A stretch of 64,000 bases of DNA from a virus: the IMG/VR virus record IMGVR_UViG_3300029362_000615, one strand, 5' to 3'. Below, one piece after another: positions 25,851 to 36,612 of this stretch (the stretch's first letter is position 1; the number at the start of each line of letters is the position of its first letter). The notes under the pieces were generated by a model. That model was given only the letters and a program-made list of their open reading frames with translations, searched no databases and had not been told where the DNA came from. The translations under genes were made by a program, and so were the position numbers.

Positions 25851-26125
25851 ACATAGATTTCTTCCAACGGCGAAAGACACAGCTTGAAGATACGCTTCTT
25901 TTGAAAAATCAGGCAGTCGATATGCTTGATTATCTAAAGACACATTGTATCAACAGCGACCAATATTGTGCCATTCGGGATTACATTGAAGAAGCTGCTA
26001 AGATTCTGGAGAGTGACCTCGAATATGCAAACAATAAGCTACAGTCCGCATTTAAACCTAAGTATGGCCGGAACAATAGACTGACTCGTGTTCAATCTAA
26101 GATGTTCCGTGATAGAGAATATTAA
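25847..26125 (+). CDS. hypothetical protein
   Basis: ORF track. Confidence 0.4.
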   Translation: MNIDFFQRRKTQLEDTLLLKNQAVDMLDYLKTHCINSDQYCAIRDYIEEAAKILESDLEYANNKLQSAFKPKYGRNNRLTRVQSKMFRDREY

Positions 26126-26142
26126 AAATGGGGTGATGCCGT

Positions 26143-26355
26143 ATGAACACATGTAAAAAAATATGTAACTGGTGTGGTCGTGAAATCAAGCCGATAGGTA
26201 GCGAGCAGGGAATCAGTTTTGAGCATCAATACTCTTATGGTAGCCAACTTGATGGTTCGCTTTTGAGTTTTGATTTGTGTCCTGAGTGTTCAGAACGGCT
26301 CCCAGTAGTGCTCGGCGCAATGTTTGTACATAATCCTTTAAAGGACGATTTCTAA
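26143..26355 (+). CDS. zinc-ribbon protein
   Basis: CNWCGRE...CPECSE. Confidence 0.45.
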   Translation: MNTCKKICNWCGREIKPIGSEQGISFEHQYSYGSQLDGSLLSFDLCPECSERLPVVLGAMFVHNPLKDDF

Positions 26356-26500
26356 CGGCGAGTGCCGTATGAAATACAAGCCATCAATAAGACAGACGGA
26401 GGATAATATATAAAATGAATAGTGCATGAATTGATTCAAGACAATAAAAAGAAATATAAGTGATTATCAATGAAACAAAATTACATAAAGGAGACTTGAT

Positions 26501-27601
26501 ATGGCAGATAGAATTTTTAATCTTCCTCAGACCCGTGGTTCTTTTGAGATGGCTGGTAAGGTCACCGGCACCCAGCGTAGTAACTTCTATAACGAGAAGG
26601 AGACTAAGAGTGGTGCTATGCGCCGTGTCCTGAGCTTTGGTGTTCAGACTTCCAATGAAAACACTTTCTATGTTGATCTGGCTGGTATGCCCCGTGATAA
26701 GGTTTACTTCTTCCGCCGTGCCGATAAGGACAAGGGTATCGAGAAGGATAAGAAGGAAGTCGCTTGGAAGGATCGCATGACTTATGTTGCACCGGAAGGC
26801 TATGACATGATTGGCGTTAAAGTCGGTGTTACCAAGAAGACGAATGAGTCTGGTAAGGTTATCAACGACAACAAGACTCTGACTGACTTCGATGCAGCTA
26901 AGGAAATCTCCGAGAATCTGCATGACGGTGATAATGTGTATGTCCGTGGCAACATCGAGTATAGCACCTACAACGGCAAGCACCAGATTCGTTTTGTTCC
27001 TACTCAGGTTTCTCTGAGTTCTAAGGAAATCGACTTCGATGCGGAGGGTTTCGAGGAGCTGGCTCTGTTTACTCAGACCGTTGTGTACATTGGTTGCCGC
27101 AAGAGCGATGAGGGCGATGAAGTAATTGTCGATGCAAAGATTGTGAATTACAACACCATCGAGGACGCTGAGTTCTTCATTGACTATAAGGCAAACACTC
27201 AGAATAAGGTTCTGGCTGATTCTATTCGTAAGCGTCTGAAGCCTTACACCAGCTTTGAGTGCTTTGGTCCTATCGTCAATCAGCAGAAGGTTGAGGAAGT
27301 TGAGACTGAGAATATCTGGGGTGGTCCTAACAAGATGAAGCGTCAGAGCACTCCGGCAGTTCGCAAGCTGTATATCGAGGGTGTTAATCCTGATTCCTTT
27401 GATCCGAATCCCGGCGACAAGGATGCGGAACCCACTTACACTGAGGACAATATCTCCGAGGCACAGGCAAAGATTGCTGCCAACGTTCAGGCCAAGAAGG
27501 ACTTCGACGGCAAGGCTGCTGAGAACGACACTTATTGGTGGGGTGGTTCTAATAAGTCTACTGCAACTCCTGTAGATGAGGAAGGTATCAACTGGGGCTA
27601 A
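26501..27601 (+). CDS. putative ssDNA-binding protein with two OB-fold-like repeats
   Basis: Position immediately upstream of the RecA-fold ATPase; VYVRGNIEYSTYNGKHQIRFV-type OB strand motif. Weak call. Confidence 0.35.
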   Translation: MADRIFNLPQTRGSFEMAGKVTGTQRSNFYNEKETKSGAMRRVLSFGVQTSNENTFYVDLAGMPRDKVYFFRRADKDKGIEKDKKEVAWKDRMTYVAPEGYDMIGVKVGVTKKTNESGKVINDNKTLTDFDAAKEISENLHDGDNVYVRGNIEYSTYNGKHQIRFVPTQVSLSSKEIDFDAEGFEELALFTQTVVYIGCRKSDEGDEVIVDAKIVNYNTIEDAEFFIDYKANTQNKVLADSIRKRLKPYTSFECFGPIVNQQKVEEVETENIWGGPNKMKRQSTPAVRKLYIEGVNPDSFDPNPGDKDAEPTYTEDNISEAQAKIAANVQAKKDFDGKAAENDTYWWGGSNKSTATPVDEEGINWG

Positions 27602-27614
27602 AATTTTTGCCTTT

Positions 27615-27636
27615 AACTAAGTAACACAGGATACCA
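27615..27636 (+). promoter_or_regulatory. 22-bp conserved promoter/operator element (forward) TAACTAAGTAACACAGGATACC
   Basis: Upstream of gene 27671. Confidence 0.45.
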
Positions 27637-27670
27637 ATAAAAGAAAAGATTTAGAGAGGAATTTACATAT

Positions 27671-28831
27671 ATGGCTATTGTTTGTAATGCATCTGCTATT
27701 CGTAAGAAGCTTCGTATGCTTGTGTATGGCGAGCAGGGAACTGGTAAGTCTCGATTTGCTATGCAGTTCTGCTACATGAAGACTCCTGAAGGTCGTCCGT
27801 TCCGTGTTCTGTATCTGGATACTGAGTCTGGTTCTATCGACGATTATCGTGAGGAACTGATGGAGAATGGGCTCGACCCGATGAATCTCCGTATCGTTTA
27901 CACTCAGTCTCTCGCAGAGGTACAGGATTTCATTCATACCGTTGCTGACAACGAGGACTTCGAAGATGAGGATGGTAATGTTTGGCTGGACGCTGACGGT
28001 AAGCCTTTCCGTGCTGACGCTATTGTTGTTGACTCCGCAACCATTCTTAATCTAACTACAAAACAGGGCTTAACGAATTTCTCGCAGAAGCGTGCAAAAG
28101 TTAAGGCTGCAGCACAGGGTCTGACCGGCGATGAGAAGTCGGTGAAGATTGAGGGTGCTGGTATGGAGCTGAAGGATTATCAGCAGCTGAACTTTAAGGG
28201 TCAGTCCCTGATTCTGGATCTGAATGCAACTGGTGTGAGCTACATCGTTATTTGTCGTGAAAAGGATGAGACTGAAACCAAGCTGGTGAATGGTTCTTCT
28301 GTGAGCGTTTCTACCGGTCGCAAGATTCCTGATGGCTTCAAGGGTCAGGAGTACAATGTCGGCACCGAGTTCCGTATGTATCATCCCGGCGATGATAAGT
28401 CTATCAACTTTGCTTATTTTGATAAGGATCGCACCGGTGTTCATAATGGCGGTGAGGTTGTCGAAGACCTGACTCTGCTTGAGTATCAGGAGTATCTCGA
28501 CCGTTCTGCAAAGAACCGTGAGGTCATTATTAAGAATGGTCTGAATGATGCAGTTAAGACCGAGATGAAGCTTCGTGCTCGTGAACTTGGTCTTGATGAC
28601 AATGATATCAGTGATGATGCTCCTGCAGAGAACACCTCCGAATCCAAGGAGCCTTCTCTGGATGACATTAAGGCAAAGCTGAACGATCTGATTGCTTCCG
28701 CTTCTCCTGTGAAGAAGAGTGCAGCACAGAAGGCAGTTAAGGCGGCTGGCCTGTCTACCGCGTTCCGTTCTATGACTGATATCGAGGAACTGAAGAAGGT
28801 CGCCGCAGTCATGGAGAAGGAACTGGCTTAA
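27671..28831 (+). CDS. RecA-fold ATPase of the AAA_24/Sak4-like phage recombination family
   Basis: Walker A GEQGTGKS, Walker B AIVVDSATIL, and LYLDTESG matches AAA_24. Confidence 0.5.
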   Translation: MAIVCNASAIRKKLRMLVYGEQGTGKSRFAMQFCYMKTPEGRPFRVLYLDTESGSIDDYREELMENGLDPMNLRIVYTQSLAEVQDFIHTVADNEDFEDEDGNVWLDADGKPFRADAIVVDSATILNLTTKQGLTNFSQKRAKVKAAAQGLTGDEKSVKIEGAGMELKDYQQLNFKGQSLILDLNATGVSYIVICREKDETETKLVNGSSVSVSTGRKIPDGFKGQEYNVGTEFRMYHPGDDKSINFAYFDKDRTGVHNGGEVVEDLTLLEYQEYLDRSAKNREVIIKNGLNDAVKTEMKLRARELGLDDNDISDDAPAENTSESKEPSLDDIKAKLNDLIASASPVKKSAAQKAVKAAGLSTAFRSMTDIEELKKVAAVMEKELA

Positions 28832-29523
28832 TGGAACTAACCCGTAAATGCAAGATTTGCGGGAAGAACATTTTCATCGAGCGAGACCGTAGCACGTTTT
28901 TCTACGACAAGACTGGGTTTTACCATAAGGATTGTTTTGTAGAAAAAAAGAAAAATCAAAAACGCCCTTGGACAGATGACCTGCTAAGGGCATTTTTTGA
29001 CAAAGTGAATGACACTACGGACAAAAAGGTCGATGATCTTCTTTCCAAAAAGAGAGAGCAAGACAAAAATCGTGAGCTTGCTCATATCAAACAGGAAGAG
29101 AAAAAGATTCTTTTCGACCATATTCGAGATACATACGCCCCGGCGGTTGTTCCTGGTAGCTTCTACTCGAAACTTACGCAGCTGATTTCAGGTAATTATT
29201 ACAAATATAGAGGTTCGATTCCTCCGCTAGAACTTTACGATATGTGGGTTCTAGCGAAACCCCGACTAGATAAGATAGTTGCCGAGAAAGAAGCAAAGGG
29301 TTGCGATATGAGCCAGCGATGGAATTACGATTTGGCTGTTTTGTTGGCGCAATATCCTAGTTATCTTGAACGGAAAGAAAGACTAGCTTCGATTCGCCGT
29401 GAAAGCGAAGACAAAACGAAGGAAAATCTGACTGAAACGGTACTGAAACGGATGAAAACAGCACCGAAACAGAGTAAAAACGAGAATGAAATTGATATAA
29501 ATGCAATTCTCGATGAGATATAA
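28831..29523 (+). CDS. hypothetical protein with N-terminal CxxC pair and Lys/Glu-rich middle
   Basis: ORF track. Confidence 0.45.
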   Translation: MELTRKCKICGKNIFIERDRSTFFYDKTGFYHKDCFVEKKKNQKRPWTDDLLRAFFDKVNDTTDKKVDDLLSKKREQDKNRELAHIKQEEKKILFDHIRDTYAPAVVPGSFYSKLTQLISGNYYKYRGSIPPLELYDMWVLAKPRLDKIVAEKEAKGCDMSQRWNYDLAVLLAQYPSYLERKERLASIRRESEDKTKENLTETVLKRMKTAPKQSKNENEIDINAILDEI

Positions 29524-29536
29524 AAGAGGTTGATAA

Positions 29537-30733
29537 ATGGATAATACAGTTCATGATGCTCAGAGATTGAAGGAGCTTCAGGCATTCCCTCTTGAGCGAA
29601 AGATTCAAATCACTCAAAATCGCATCCAGGAATGGTATATGCACTATGATGGCGGTGTGTACGTCAGCTTCTCCGGCGGTAAGGATTCTACTGTACTTGC
29701 TCATCTGACAAAGCAGCTGTTCCCAGATGTCCCGCTTGTGTTTAGTAATACTGGCTTGGAATACTCGTCAATCCAGAAATTTGCACGAGACGCAGATGCT
29801 GTTTTTGTTTATCCCAAGATGGGATTTAGTGATGTGGTCTCTACATATGGTTATCCTCTTATCTCTAAAGAAGTTGCGGAAGCGATTTACTACGCTAGAC
29901 GAATCAGAAATAGCGGCGCAGCCACCATGAGAGAGAGAGAGAGAGAAAGAACAACTCTCAGGAAAAGACAGGAACTTCTGGGTTTAAGGACGAACTGTCC
30001 GGGAGGTGTCTTTAGCAACCCGTGGCTTTACGATGAAACGGGAGTCTTTCAGGGAAACAGACGGACGATTCTACTTGGTAATGAACCGGGAGCTGAAATG
30101 CAGGCTGGAACAAAATCCATGTTCAATAAGGAAAAATGGTTGCCAGCAACACAAGAACTTCCGTTTGCAATTTCTCATTACTGCTGTTCAGTTATGAAAA
30201 AAGGTCCGATGAAGAAGTACGCAAGGGCAACCAAGCGTAAACCTATTATTGGAACGTTGACTGATGAAAGTCGTGTTCGCAAGCAAGCTTGGATTCGACA
30301 TGGATGTAATGCTTTTGACAGCAAAGCACCAACAAGTCAGCCTATGAGTTTTTGGACTGAGCAGGATGTGCTTACATTCATCAAACATTCTGGAATTCAA
30401 ATTGCAGATGTCTATGGCGATATTGTTCCTACGAGTGATAAGCCGGATGCGCCATTGTGCTGTACTGGATGTGATCGTACCGGATGTACGTTTTGCGGAT
30501 TTGGAGCTCACAACAAGAATGATAATAGATTCTTGACTCTTGCCGAACTTGACCCAAAGAAGTACGAGTATAGTATGAACGGTGGTCAATGGGTAGACAA
30601 TCCAAAGTATGATGGTGTATGGAAGAATTGGAACCCGAAGAAAATCTGGGTGCCAAGCAAAGAAGGTCTTGGACTGAGAAAAGTTTTTGATATGTTTAAT
30701 GAACTGTATCCAAACAACAAAATTCAATATTAA
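29537..30733 (+). CDS. PAPS-reductase-family PP-loop protein with C-terminal Cys cluster (DndC-like/DUF3440-like)
   Basis: SFSGGKDST PP-loop; CCTGCDRTGCTFCG cluster. Contains (GA)9 repeat encoding RERERER. Confidence 0.55.
   Translation: MDNTVHDAQRLKELQAFPLERKIQITQNRIQEWYMHYDGGVYVSFSGGKDSTVLAHLTKQLFPDVPLVFSNTGLEYSSIQKFARDADAVFVYPKMGFSDVVSTYGYPLISKEVAEAIYYARRIRNSGAATMRERERERTTLRKRQELLGLRTNCPGGVFSNPWLYDETGVFQGNRRTILLGNEPGAEMQAGTKSMFNKEKWLPATQELPFAISHYCCSVMKKGPMKKYARATKRKPIIGTLTDESRVRKQAWIRHGCNAFDSKAPTSQPMSFWTEQDVLTFIKHSGIQIADVYGDIVPTSDKPDAPLCCTGCDRTGCTFCGFGAHNKNDNRFLTLAELDPKKYEYSMNGGQWVDNPKYDGVWKNWNPKKIWVPSKEGLGLRKVFDMFNELYPNNKIQY
29929..29946 (+). repeat. (GA)9 dinucleotide microsatellite within coding sequence
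   Basis: gagagagagagagagaga in the PAPS-reductase-like gene. Confidence 0.8.
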
Positions 30734-30756
30734 AAAATATAGAGGGAGGTGGATGA

Positions 30757-32280
30757 GTGGAACTCATTTCAAATATCCCGAACGAAATTCTATTTGTTGG
30801 CGCAATTTACAAGCATCCTGACTATTTGGTCGAGTATGGGCATTATGTCAAGAGTAAGTACGATTTTGCTGACGAAGCAACAAAATTTTTCTACGATGCG
30901 GCGTTGATTATTTACGAAACTCGGACTCAAGAATTTAATAAAACGTCTGTTTTAACGTTTATGGCTGAAGACGAGTCCAGATTGTCCCAATACAAGCGGC
31001 TGAAGGGCTGGTCAACCATTGAATACTACATGAGCCTTGCGAATGATGATGATATCAAGGGATATTTCAATATCCTGAAGAAATATTCGCTACTTCGTGA
31101 GTATCAGCGTAATGGGTTCAATATTGAAGGAATCTTGAAGCACCGGCAGTTTGAAATGTTTGGTGCTCAGGACATTTATAAACTGATTCGTGGCAAGGCC
31201 GACAAGATCAACACGGTTATCATTACAAACGATGATGCTGAGATTTTGAATAATGGTCTGTTGCCAATGGTCAATGAACGTCTGAGTGTTCCTGATATGG
31301 GCTTGCCGTTCCAGTATCCTATCATGAATGATTTGTTCCGAGGATTGAAGCTGGGCACTGTGATGTTCAATGGTATGCCATCTAACGCTGGTAAGACTAG
31401 ATACATGATGGCGATTGTTGCCTACGTCACATTGGTTCAAAAGCAAAAAGCTCTTCTGCTGCTGAATGAGATGGATCTTGAGTCAGTTCGGTATTGCTTA
31501 TTGGTTACCGCCATAAATAATCCTGAGTTTCAAGAGTTGCATGGTCATCGTTTCCATAAGGATGAGCGAGAAATCACTCTTGGAATGTACCGGGATGCAA
31601 ACGGAAATTTCATCTTCCGAAAGCAAAATGAAGATGGAGAATACATAGAAAGCATTGATGAGTTTACCGCTCGTGTCTACGAAGAAAGCGAAGAATACCG
31701 CAATGTGCTTGATGTTTGCCAGTGGATTGAGAACGAATCACAAGGCTTGATTATCGCAAAAGATGTTTCTGCCGATTATAGTGATAAGTCCCTGCGATTT
31801 GAAATTCAGAAGGCAGCTCTCACTCAGGGAGTTAAGTATGTGTTCTATGATACTCTAAAGAACGATATTGCATCTATTGGTGAATGGGCAGCGTTCAAGG
31901 TCACGGCCACCGAGCTTGAAGAGATTGCGAAAAATCTAAAGATCTTTATCTATGGTAGTATCCAGCTGGCCGAAAACGCTCATGAGTATCTTCCTGATGA
32001 GCTGAATTCAAACAACATTGCTGAGTCAAAAATGATTAAGCATGTTGCTTGGACGATGGTTCTGTTCAAGGAGATTCCAAAAGATAAGTTCGCGAAGTAT
32101 CAATACATCTCTCATGACCCTGAGTGGGGCGGTGACTGTGCCCATCGGCTGAATCCAGATAAGCGGTATTACGTTGGAAACATCGATAAAAACCGCTTTG
32201 GTGAGAAAAAGAAAATCATGTTTGAAGTGAATTTGAACCAGAATGTCTGGAAAGAGGTCGGTGTCTGCACTAGAAAGTAA
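30757..32280 (+). CDS. dnaB: DnaB-family replicative DNA helicase
   Basis: N-terminal DnaB-like domain plus Walker A NGMPSNAGKT; similarity recognised by eye, only moderately confident. Confidence 0.6.
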   Translation: MELISNIPNEILFVGAIYKHPDYLVEYGHYVKSKYDFADEATKFFYDAALIIYETRTQEFNKTSVLTFMAEDESRLSQYKRLKGWSTIEYYMSLANDDDIKGYFNILKKYSLLREYQRNGFNIEGILKHRQFEMFGAQDIYKLIRGKADKINTVIITNDDAEILNNGLLPMVNERLSVPDMGLPFQYPIMNDLFRGLKLGTVMFNGMPSNAGKTRYMMAIVAYVTLVQKQKALLLLNEMDLESVRYCLLVTAINNPEFQELHGHRFHKDEREITLGMYRDANGNFIFRKQNEDGEYIESIDEFTARVYEESEEYRNVLDVCQWIENESQGLIIAKDVSADYSDKSLRFEIQKAALTQGVKYVFYDTLKNDIASIGEWAAFKVTATELEEIAKNLKIFIYGSIQLAENAHEYLPDELNSNNIAESKMIKHVAWTMVLFKEIPKDKFAKYQYISHDPEWGGDCAHRLNPDKRYYVGNIDKNRFGEKKKIMFEVNLNQNVWKEVGVCTRK

Positions 32281-32289
32281 GGAACTACA

Positions 32290-33312
32290 ATGGTAAATAT
32301 CGCAGATCTGAAAAATTACATTCTTGAAGAACAACAGATTGAACCGATTTTAGAGGAGCTTGGTTGCCATCATATTAGTCATAAAGCTGGCTACTACCAG
32401 TGTGCAAATCCAGATGGTGACAATAGAACGGCACTCTGCATTTACGAGAATGAAAATCTTACTGCGGTAGATTACACACGAGATATTGCCAATGGAAAGA
32501 CCAGTTATGATTTGATTTCTGTCGTCCAGTTCTTTCTGGAACTGTCTTTCCCAAAAGCCATTAAGCAAATCTGCGAATGGGTTGGTCTTGACTACTATCA
32601 CAACTTCGAGGAAGACCTTCCTAAAAGTATGCTGATTCTAAAAGAGCTCATTGCCATGCAAAATGAAGGTGAAGAACACGAGGATGACCGTCCGATAGTC
32701 CCCATATCCGAAGCCATCCTCGGTTATTATAAACCTTATGTGAACCAGATTTTTGCTGACGATGGGATATCTTATGAGACGCAGCAGGAGTTTGAGATTG
32801 GCTTTGATGAACTGACAAATAGAATCACGATTCCAATCAGAGATGAAATTGGTACTCTAGTTGGTGTAAAGGGAAGATACTTTGGCAAGCCGCCTGAAGG
32901 TGAATTAAAGTATCTATATCTTGAGCCGTGTGCCAGAAACCGTATTCTGTATGGCCTGTATAAGACAGAGCCGTACATTAAGAATGAAGGTCTGGTATAT
33001 GTTGGTGAAGCTGAAAAGTCTGTCATGCAGATGTGGAACATGGATGTCTACAACTGTGTGGCAACTGGTGGTAAGAAAGTTTCACAGAATCAAATTGAAA
33101 TTTTAACACGTCTTTGCGTTGATATTTGTTTCGTCTTTGATAAAGACGTTCAGCTTAGTGAGCTTATGGTTCTCGCCAATCGATTTGTCGATGGCGTAAG
33201 TGTGTATGCTGTAGTAGATGATAAAGGGATTCTGGATGAAAAGGAAGCCCCGACTGATAATCCTGAAAAATTTAAGGCATTGATTGAGAATTGTGTTAGG
33301 AGAATTAAATGA
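32290..33312 (+). CDS. dnaG: DnaG-type DNA primase (zinc-binding plus TOPRIM)
   Basis: CHHISHK...YQCANPDG zinc motif; TOPRIM VYVGEAEKS...VFDKD. Confidence 0.6.
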   Translation: MVNIADLKNYILEEQQIEPILEELGCHHISHKAGYYQCANPDGDNRTALCIYENENLTAVDYTRDIANGKTSYDLISVVQFFLELSFPKAIKQICEWVGLDYYHNFEEDLPKSMLILKELIAMQNEGEEHEDDRPIVPISEAILGYYKPYVNQIFADDGISYETQQEFEIGFDELTNRITIPIRDEIGTLVGVKGRYFGKPPEGELKYLYLEPCARNRILYGLYKTEPYIKNEGLVYVGEAEKSVMQMWNMDVYNCVATGGKKVSQNQIEILTRLCVDICFVFDKDVQLSELMVLANRFVDGVSVYAVVDDKGILDEKEAPTDNPEKFKALIENCVRRIK

Positions 33313-35033
33313 ATGTAAAACTCTGGAAGGGGAGTAGGAACGACCTATTAGATCCAATTGGAACGATTATGGAGAACAGAGGGGTCAAGGATTATAAGAC
33401 TTACATGAATCTGGATGATTCTTGTCTGAATTCTCCGTGGGAACTGGACAACATGGAAGATGCTGTCCGGCTGTTGAACAAACATATCTGGAATAAGTCT
33501 ATTATCTCTATCCTTGTAGACTGTGATGTGGATGGATTCACAAGTGCTTCAATGATGTTTCAGTATTTGAAGACGATTGGTTATTTTGGAAAAATCAATG
33601 TTCTGCATCATAGTGGCAAGGAGCATGGACTCTCTAAAGAAATTGAGGTTCCACCTGAAACTACCTTGCTGATTATTCCTGACGCTGGTAGTAACGATGT
33701 TGAGCAGTGTAAGGAACTCCGCGAAAAGGGCATCGATATTCTGATTCTTGACCATCACATCTGCGACAGAGAGAATCCTTACGCAGTAATCGTCAACAAC
33801 CAGAACGGTACATATCCTAATAAGGAATTGTCTGGCGCTGGCGTGGTGTATAAGTTTCTTCAGGCTGTTGATGAATATAATTGGACTGATGTTGCAGACC
33901 GGTATCTTGATCTGGTGGCAGTCGGAAACATCGGTGACGTTATGGATATGCACTCGCATGAGACAAAGCGCCTTTGCACGAAAGGTCTGGCACGAATTGT
34001 AAATCAGATGATTTGTGCTTTGATTGAGGCAAACAGTTTCAATATCAAGGGTGACCCGACCATCAATGATGTTCAGTTCTACATCGTTCCGATGATGAAC
34101 GCACTGATTCGTGTTGGTTCATCTGAACAAAAGAAGCAGATGTTCCGTGCAATGGTCGGTGAGGAACAGACGTTCCAGTACACTCCGACTCGTGGCAAGA
34201 ATGCTGGTGTTACGATTGATGAGACTCTGGCGCAACATGTGGCTCGCGAGTGCTCCTCTTGTAAGTATCAGCAAAACAAGGCCAAAGACAAGGCTGTCGC
34301 AGAGCTTCAGGAACTGATTGAGAAGCACAGTGCAGACCAGAATAAGATTCTCTTCTGCAACTCTACTGGTATTCTTGATAACACTCTGACTGGTGTTGTG
34401 GCAATCAAGCTGGCTGAAATGTATGCAAAACCGTGCGTATTGCTTCGTACCTTCGCTGATGAACCGGATTATTACGGTGGTTCAATGAGAAATCCTGACG
34501 GTTCTCCGATTGAAAGTTTAAAGGAGTTCTTGATGAGTACCGGAGATTTTGAGTCGGTTCTTGGTCATGATAACGCTGCTGGTGTGAAAATCAAGAAAGA
34601 AAATGTGCCAAAGGCGATTGCGGATTGCAATGAGCTGCTTAAAGATGTCACGATGAGCAAAGCAATCGTGGTTGACTTTGATTTTGACTATAGTAGGCTG
34701 ACTGTTGCATTGCCGAAGAGCATGTATGAAATGCATAAAATCTGGGCACAGGGAATCTCCGAGCCATATTTCTACATTAGAAATATTCCGTTAGCTCATA
34801 GTGGATGTGCTCCGATGGGCAAGAACGGTAATATGTGGAAGTATTCTGATGAAGAAAAAGGCATTGATTTTGTGTGTTTTAATGACAATGGCCGGATGAT
34901 TAGCTGGATCAACAATGACTTTTATTGTGGTCAGGAAGAAAAATACATCAATGCTGTATGCCGGTTATCTTTAAATCAGTACGGAAACAAAGTGACTCCG
35001 CAGGCGCAGATTGTTGATTTTGAGGTGATTTGA
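33309..35033 (+). CDS. recJ: RecJ-like DHH-family ssDNA exonuclease
   Basis: DHH motifs VDCDVDGFTS, IIPDAG, ILILDHH; DHHA1-like LGHDNAAG. Confidence 0.6.
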   Translation: MNVKLWKGSRNDLLDPIGTIMENRGVKDYKTYMNLDDSCLNSPWELDNMEDAVRLLNKHIWNKSIISILVDCDVDGFTSASMMFQYLKTIGYFGKINVLHHSGKEHGLSKEIEVPPETTLLIIPDAGSNDVEQCKELREKGIDILILDHHICDRENPYAVIVNNQNGTYPNKELSGAGVVYKFLQAVDEYNWTDVADRYLDLVAVGNIGDVMDMHSHETKRLCTKGLARIVNQMICALIEANSFNIKGDPTINDVQFYIVPMMNALIRVGSSEQKKQMFRAMVGEEQTFQYTPTRGKNAGVTIDETLAQHVARECSSCKYQQNKAKDKAVAELQELIEKHSADQNKILFCNSTGILDNTLTGVVAIKLAEMYAKPCVLLRTFADEPDYYGGSMRNPDGSPIESLKEFLMSTGDFESVLGHDNAAGVKIKKENVPKAIADCNELLKDVTMSKAIVVDFDFDYSRLTVALPKSMYEMHKIWAQGISEPYFYIRNIPLAHSGCAPMGKNGNMWKYSDEEKGIDFVCFNDNGRMISWINNDFYCGQEEKYINAVCRLSLNQYGNKVTPQAQIVDFEVI

Positions 35034-35034
35034 T

Positions 35035-35577
35035 ATGGGAAATTGGAAACGTGCTATCGCCATCGACTTTGATGGCACTCTCTGTGAGAATAATTATCCT
35101 GATATCGGTGAACCAAACTGGAACGTGATCTACCAGGCAATTCAAGAACAGAAGCACGGTGCTGGTCTGATTCTCTGGACTTGCCGGGAAGGAAAGCTTC
35201 TGTATGATGCAATGGAGGCTTGCTTTGATTGGGGTATTCAGTTTGATGCCATCAATGAGAGTCTTCCTGAGTGGAAAGAGCATTTTGGCACTGCTCCTAG
35301 AAAGGTTGTGGCTGATGAATATTGGGACGATAAGGCTGTGCCTGTGAAAGATGGTAGTCTCGATATTAAAAACAACGAGAAATTGACCATTGAAGAATTA
35401 AAAGAAATGGCTGGACTGCCAGTTTGGTGCTCTGATTCCGAATGCTGGACATTAGTGGAGTGCGATAAGAAAGGCCCATGGAAGGACGTTCCTTTTGTTT
35501 CTTTTCGGAAGAACGGATCTTCGTTTACATGGAACGTTGTAAATCGAGAGCTTTCTTGCTATCGAGGAAAGGTATAA
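35035..35577 (+). CDS. HAD-superfamily phosphatase (possible nucleotidase)
   Basis: Motif I AIDFDGTL. Confidence 0.45.
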   Translation: MGNWKRAIAIDFDGTLCENNYPDIGEPNWNVIYQAIQEQKHGAGLILWTCREGKLLYDAMEACFDWGIQFDAINESLPEWKEHFGTAPRKVVADEYWDDKAVPVKDGSLDIKNNEKLTIEELKEMAGLPVWCSDSECWTLVECDKKGPWKDVPFVSFRKNGSSFTWNVVNRELSCYRGKV

Positions 35578-35581
35578 GCCT

Positions 35582-36346
35582 ATGGCAGTTTACATTACAG
35601 GTGATATTCATGGTGATTACAATCGGTTTTTAGAGCTAAATAAATTTTGTATTAAACATAGGCTTGGAAAGAACGACTGGATCATCTGTCTTGGTGATGT
35701 TGGTCTAAACTATTATGGTAAGGATAACATCAACGAATGGAGAGTTAAGACCATTGCTGCGGACATCCCTGCGAATTTATTCTGTATTCATGGAAATCAC
35801 GAACGCCGCCCGTCTCATAAGGATGGCTATAAGACAAAGGAAATCAGTGGAGATATTTGCGGCAAAGTGTGGCATGACCCACATTATCCCAATCAGTATT
35901 TTGCTATTGATGGTGAAGTTTACCAAATTCTTGCCGATAGGGAAATTCTGAACTGTCTTGTTTGCGGCGGAGCCTATTCTGTAGATAAATATTATCGGTT
36001 GGGACGTGGATGGAACTGGTGGCCGGACGAACAGCCTAATGAGAAGACTAAGAAAAAGATCTGGAATATTACACATGACACTCAAATCGATAATATTGAT
36101 GTTATGCTCACGCATACCTGTCCATTCCGATTTATTCCAACTGAATTGTTTATCGGTGGTATTGATCAAAACACAGTAGACCAGTCAACTGAAATATTCT
36201 TTGATAATATATACGAATGCTATCCTAACGATTGTAAACCATTCTGGTACTTCGGCCATTTCCATGGCAACAAGTACACTGACGACTATGTGATGCTTTT
36301 TGATGACATTATTAAGTTTGGAGATAAGGTGAAGAGTGATGAGTGA
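35582..36346 (+). CDS. calcineurin-like metallophosphoesterase
   Basis: GDIHGD, LGDVG, GNHE. Confidence 0.6.
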   Translation: MAVYITGDIHGDYNRFLELNKFCIKHRLGKNDWIICLGDVGLNYYGKDNINEWRVKTIAADIPANLFCIHGNHERRPSHKDGYKTKEISGDICGKVWHDPHYPNQYFAIDGEVYQILADREILNCLVCGGAYSVDKYYRLGRGWNWWPDEQPNEKTKKKIWNITHDTQIDNIDVMLTHTCPFRFIPTELFIGGIDQNTVDQSTEIFFDNIYECYPNDCKPFWYFGHFHGNKYTDDYVMLFDDIIKFGDKVKSDE

Positions 36347-36581
36347 ATATCATGTGAGCTGTGGTATGTTTGGTATTTACGCAGGAACTGTTAAAAAGAA
36401 TGGAACCGAATGGAAGGATAAAACTCGTGTCACGGATGAAGCTATTGAAGCAGTTCGTGATTGGCTTCTTTCTGAAGCTCAGTTCAATAATAGAACTTTT
36501 GGTGGATACACATGGACAACAAAGGACGGTAAGACTGTAACTTTGAGAGTGTCCATCGAAGATAAGGAGCAGACAAAATGA
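36336..36581 (+). CDS. hypothetical protein
   Basis: ORF track. Confidence 0.4.
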   Translation: MMSEYHVSCGMFGIYAGTVKKNGTEWKDKTRVTDEAIEAVRDWLLSEAQFNNRTFGGYTWTTKDGKTVTLRVSIEDKEQTK

Positions 36582-36612
36582 ATTTAAATAGTATGAAAGG
36601 TGGTGTTGCCTG

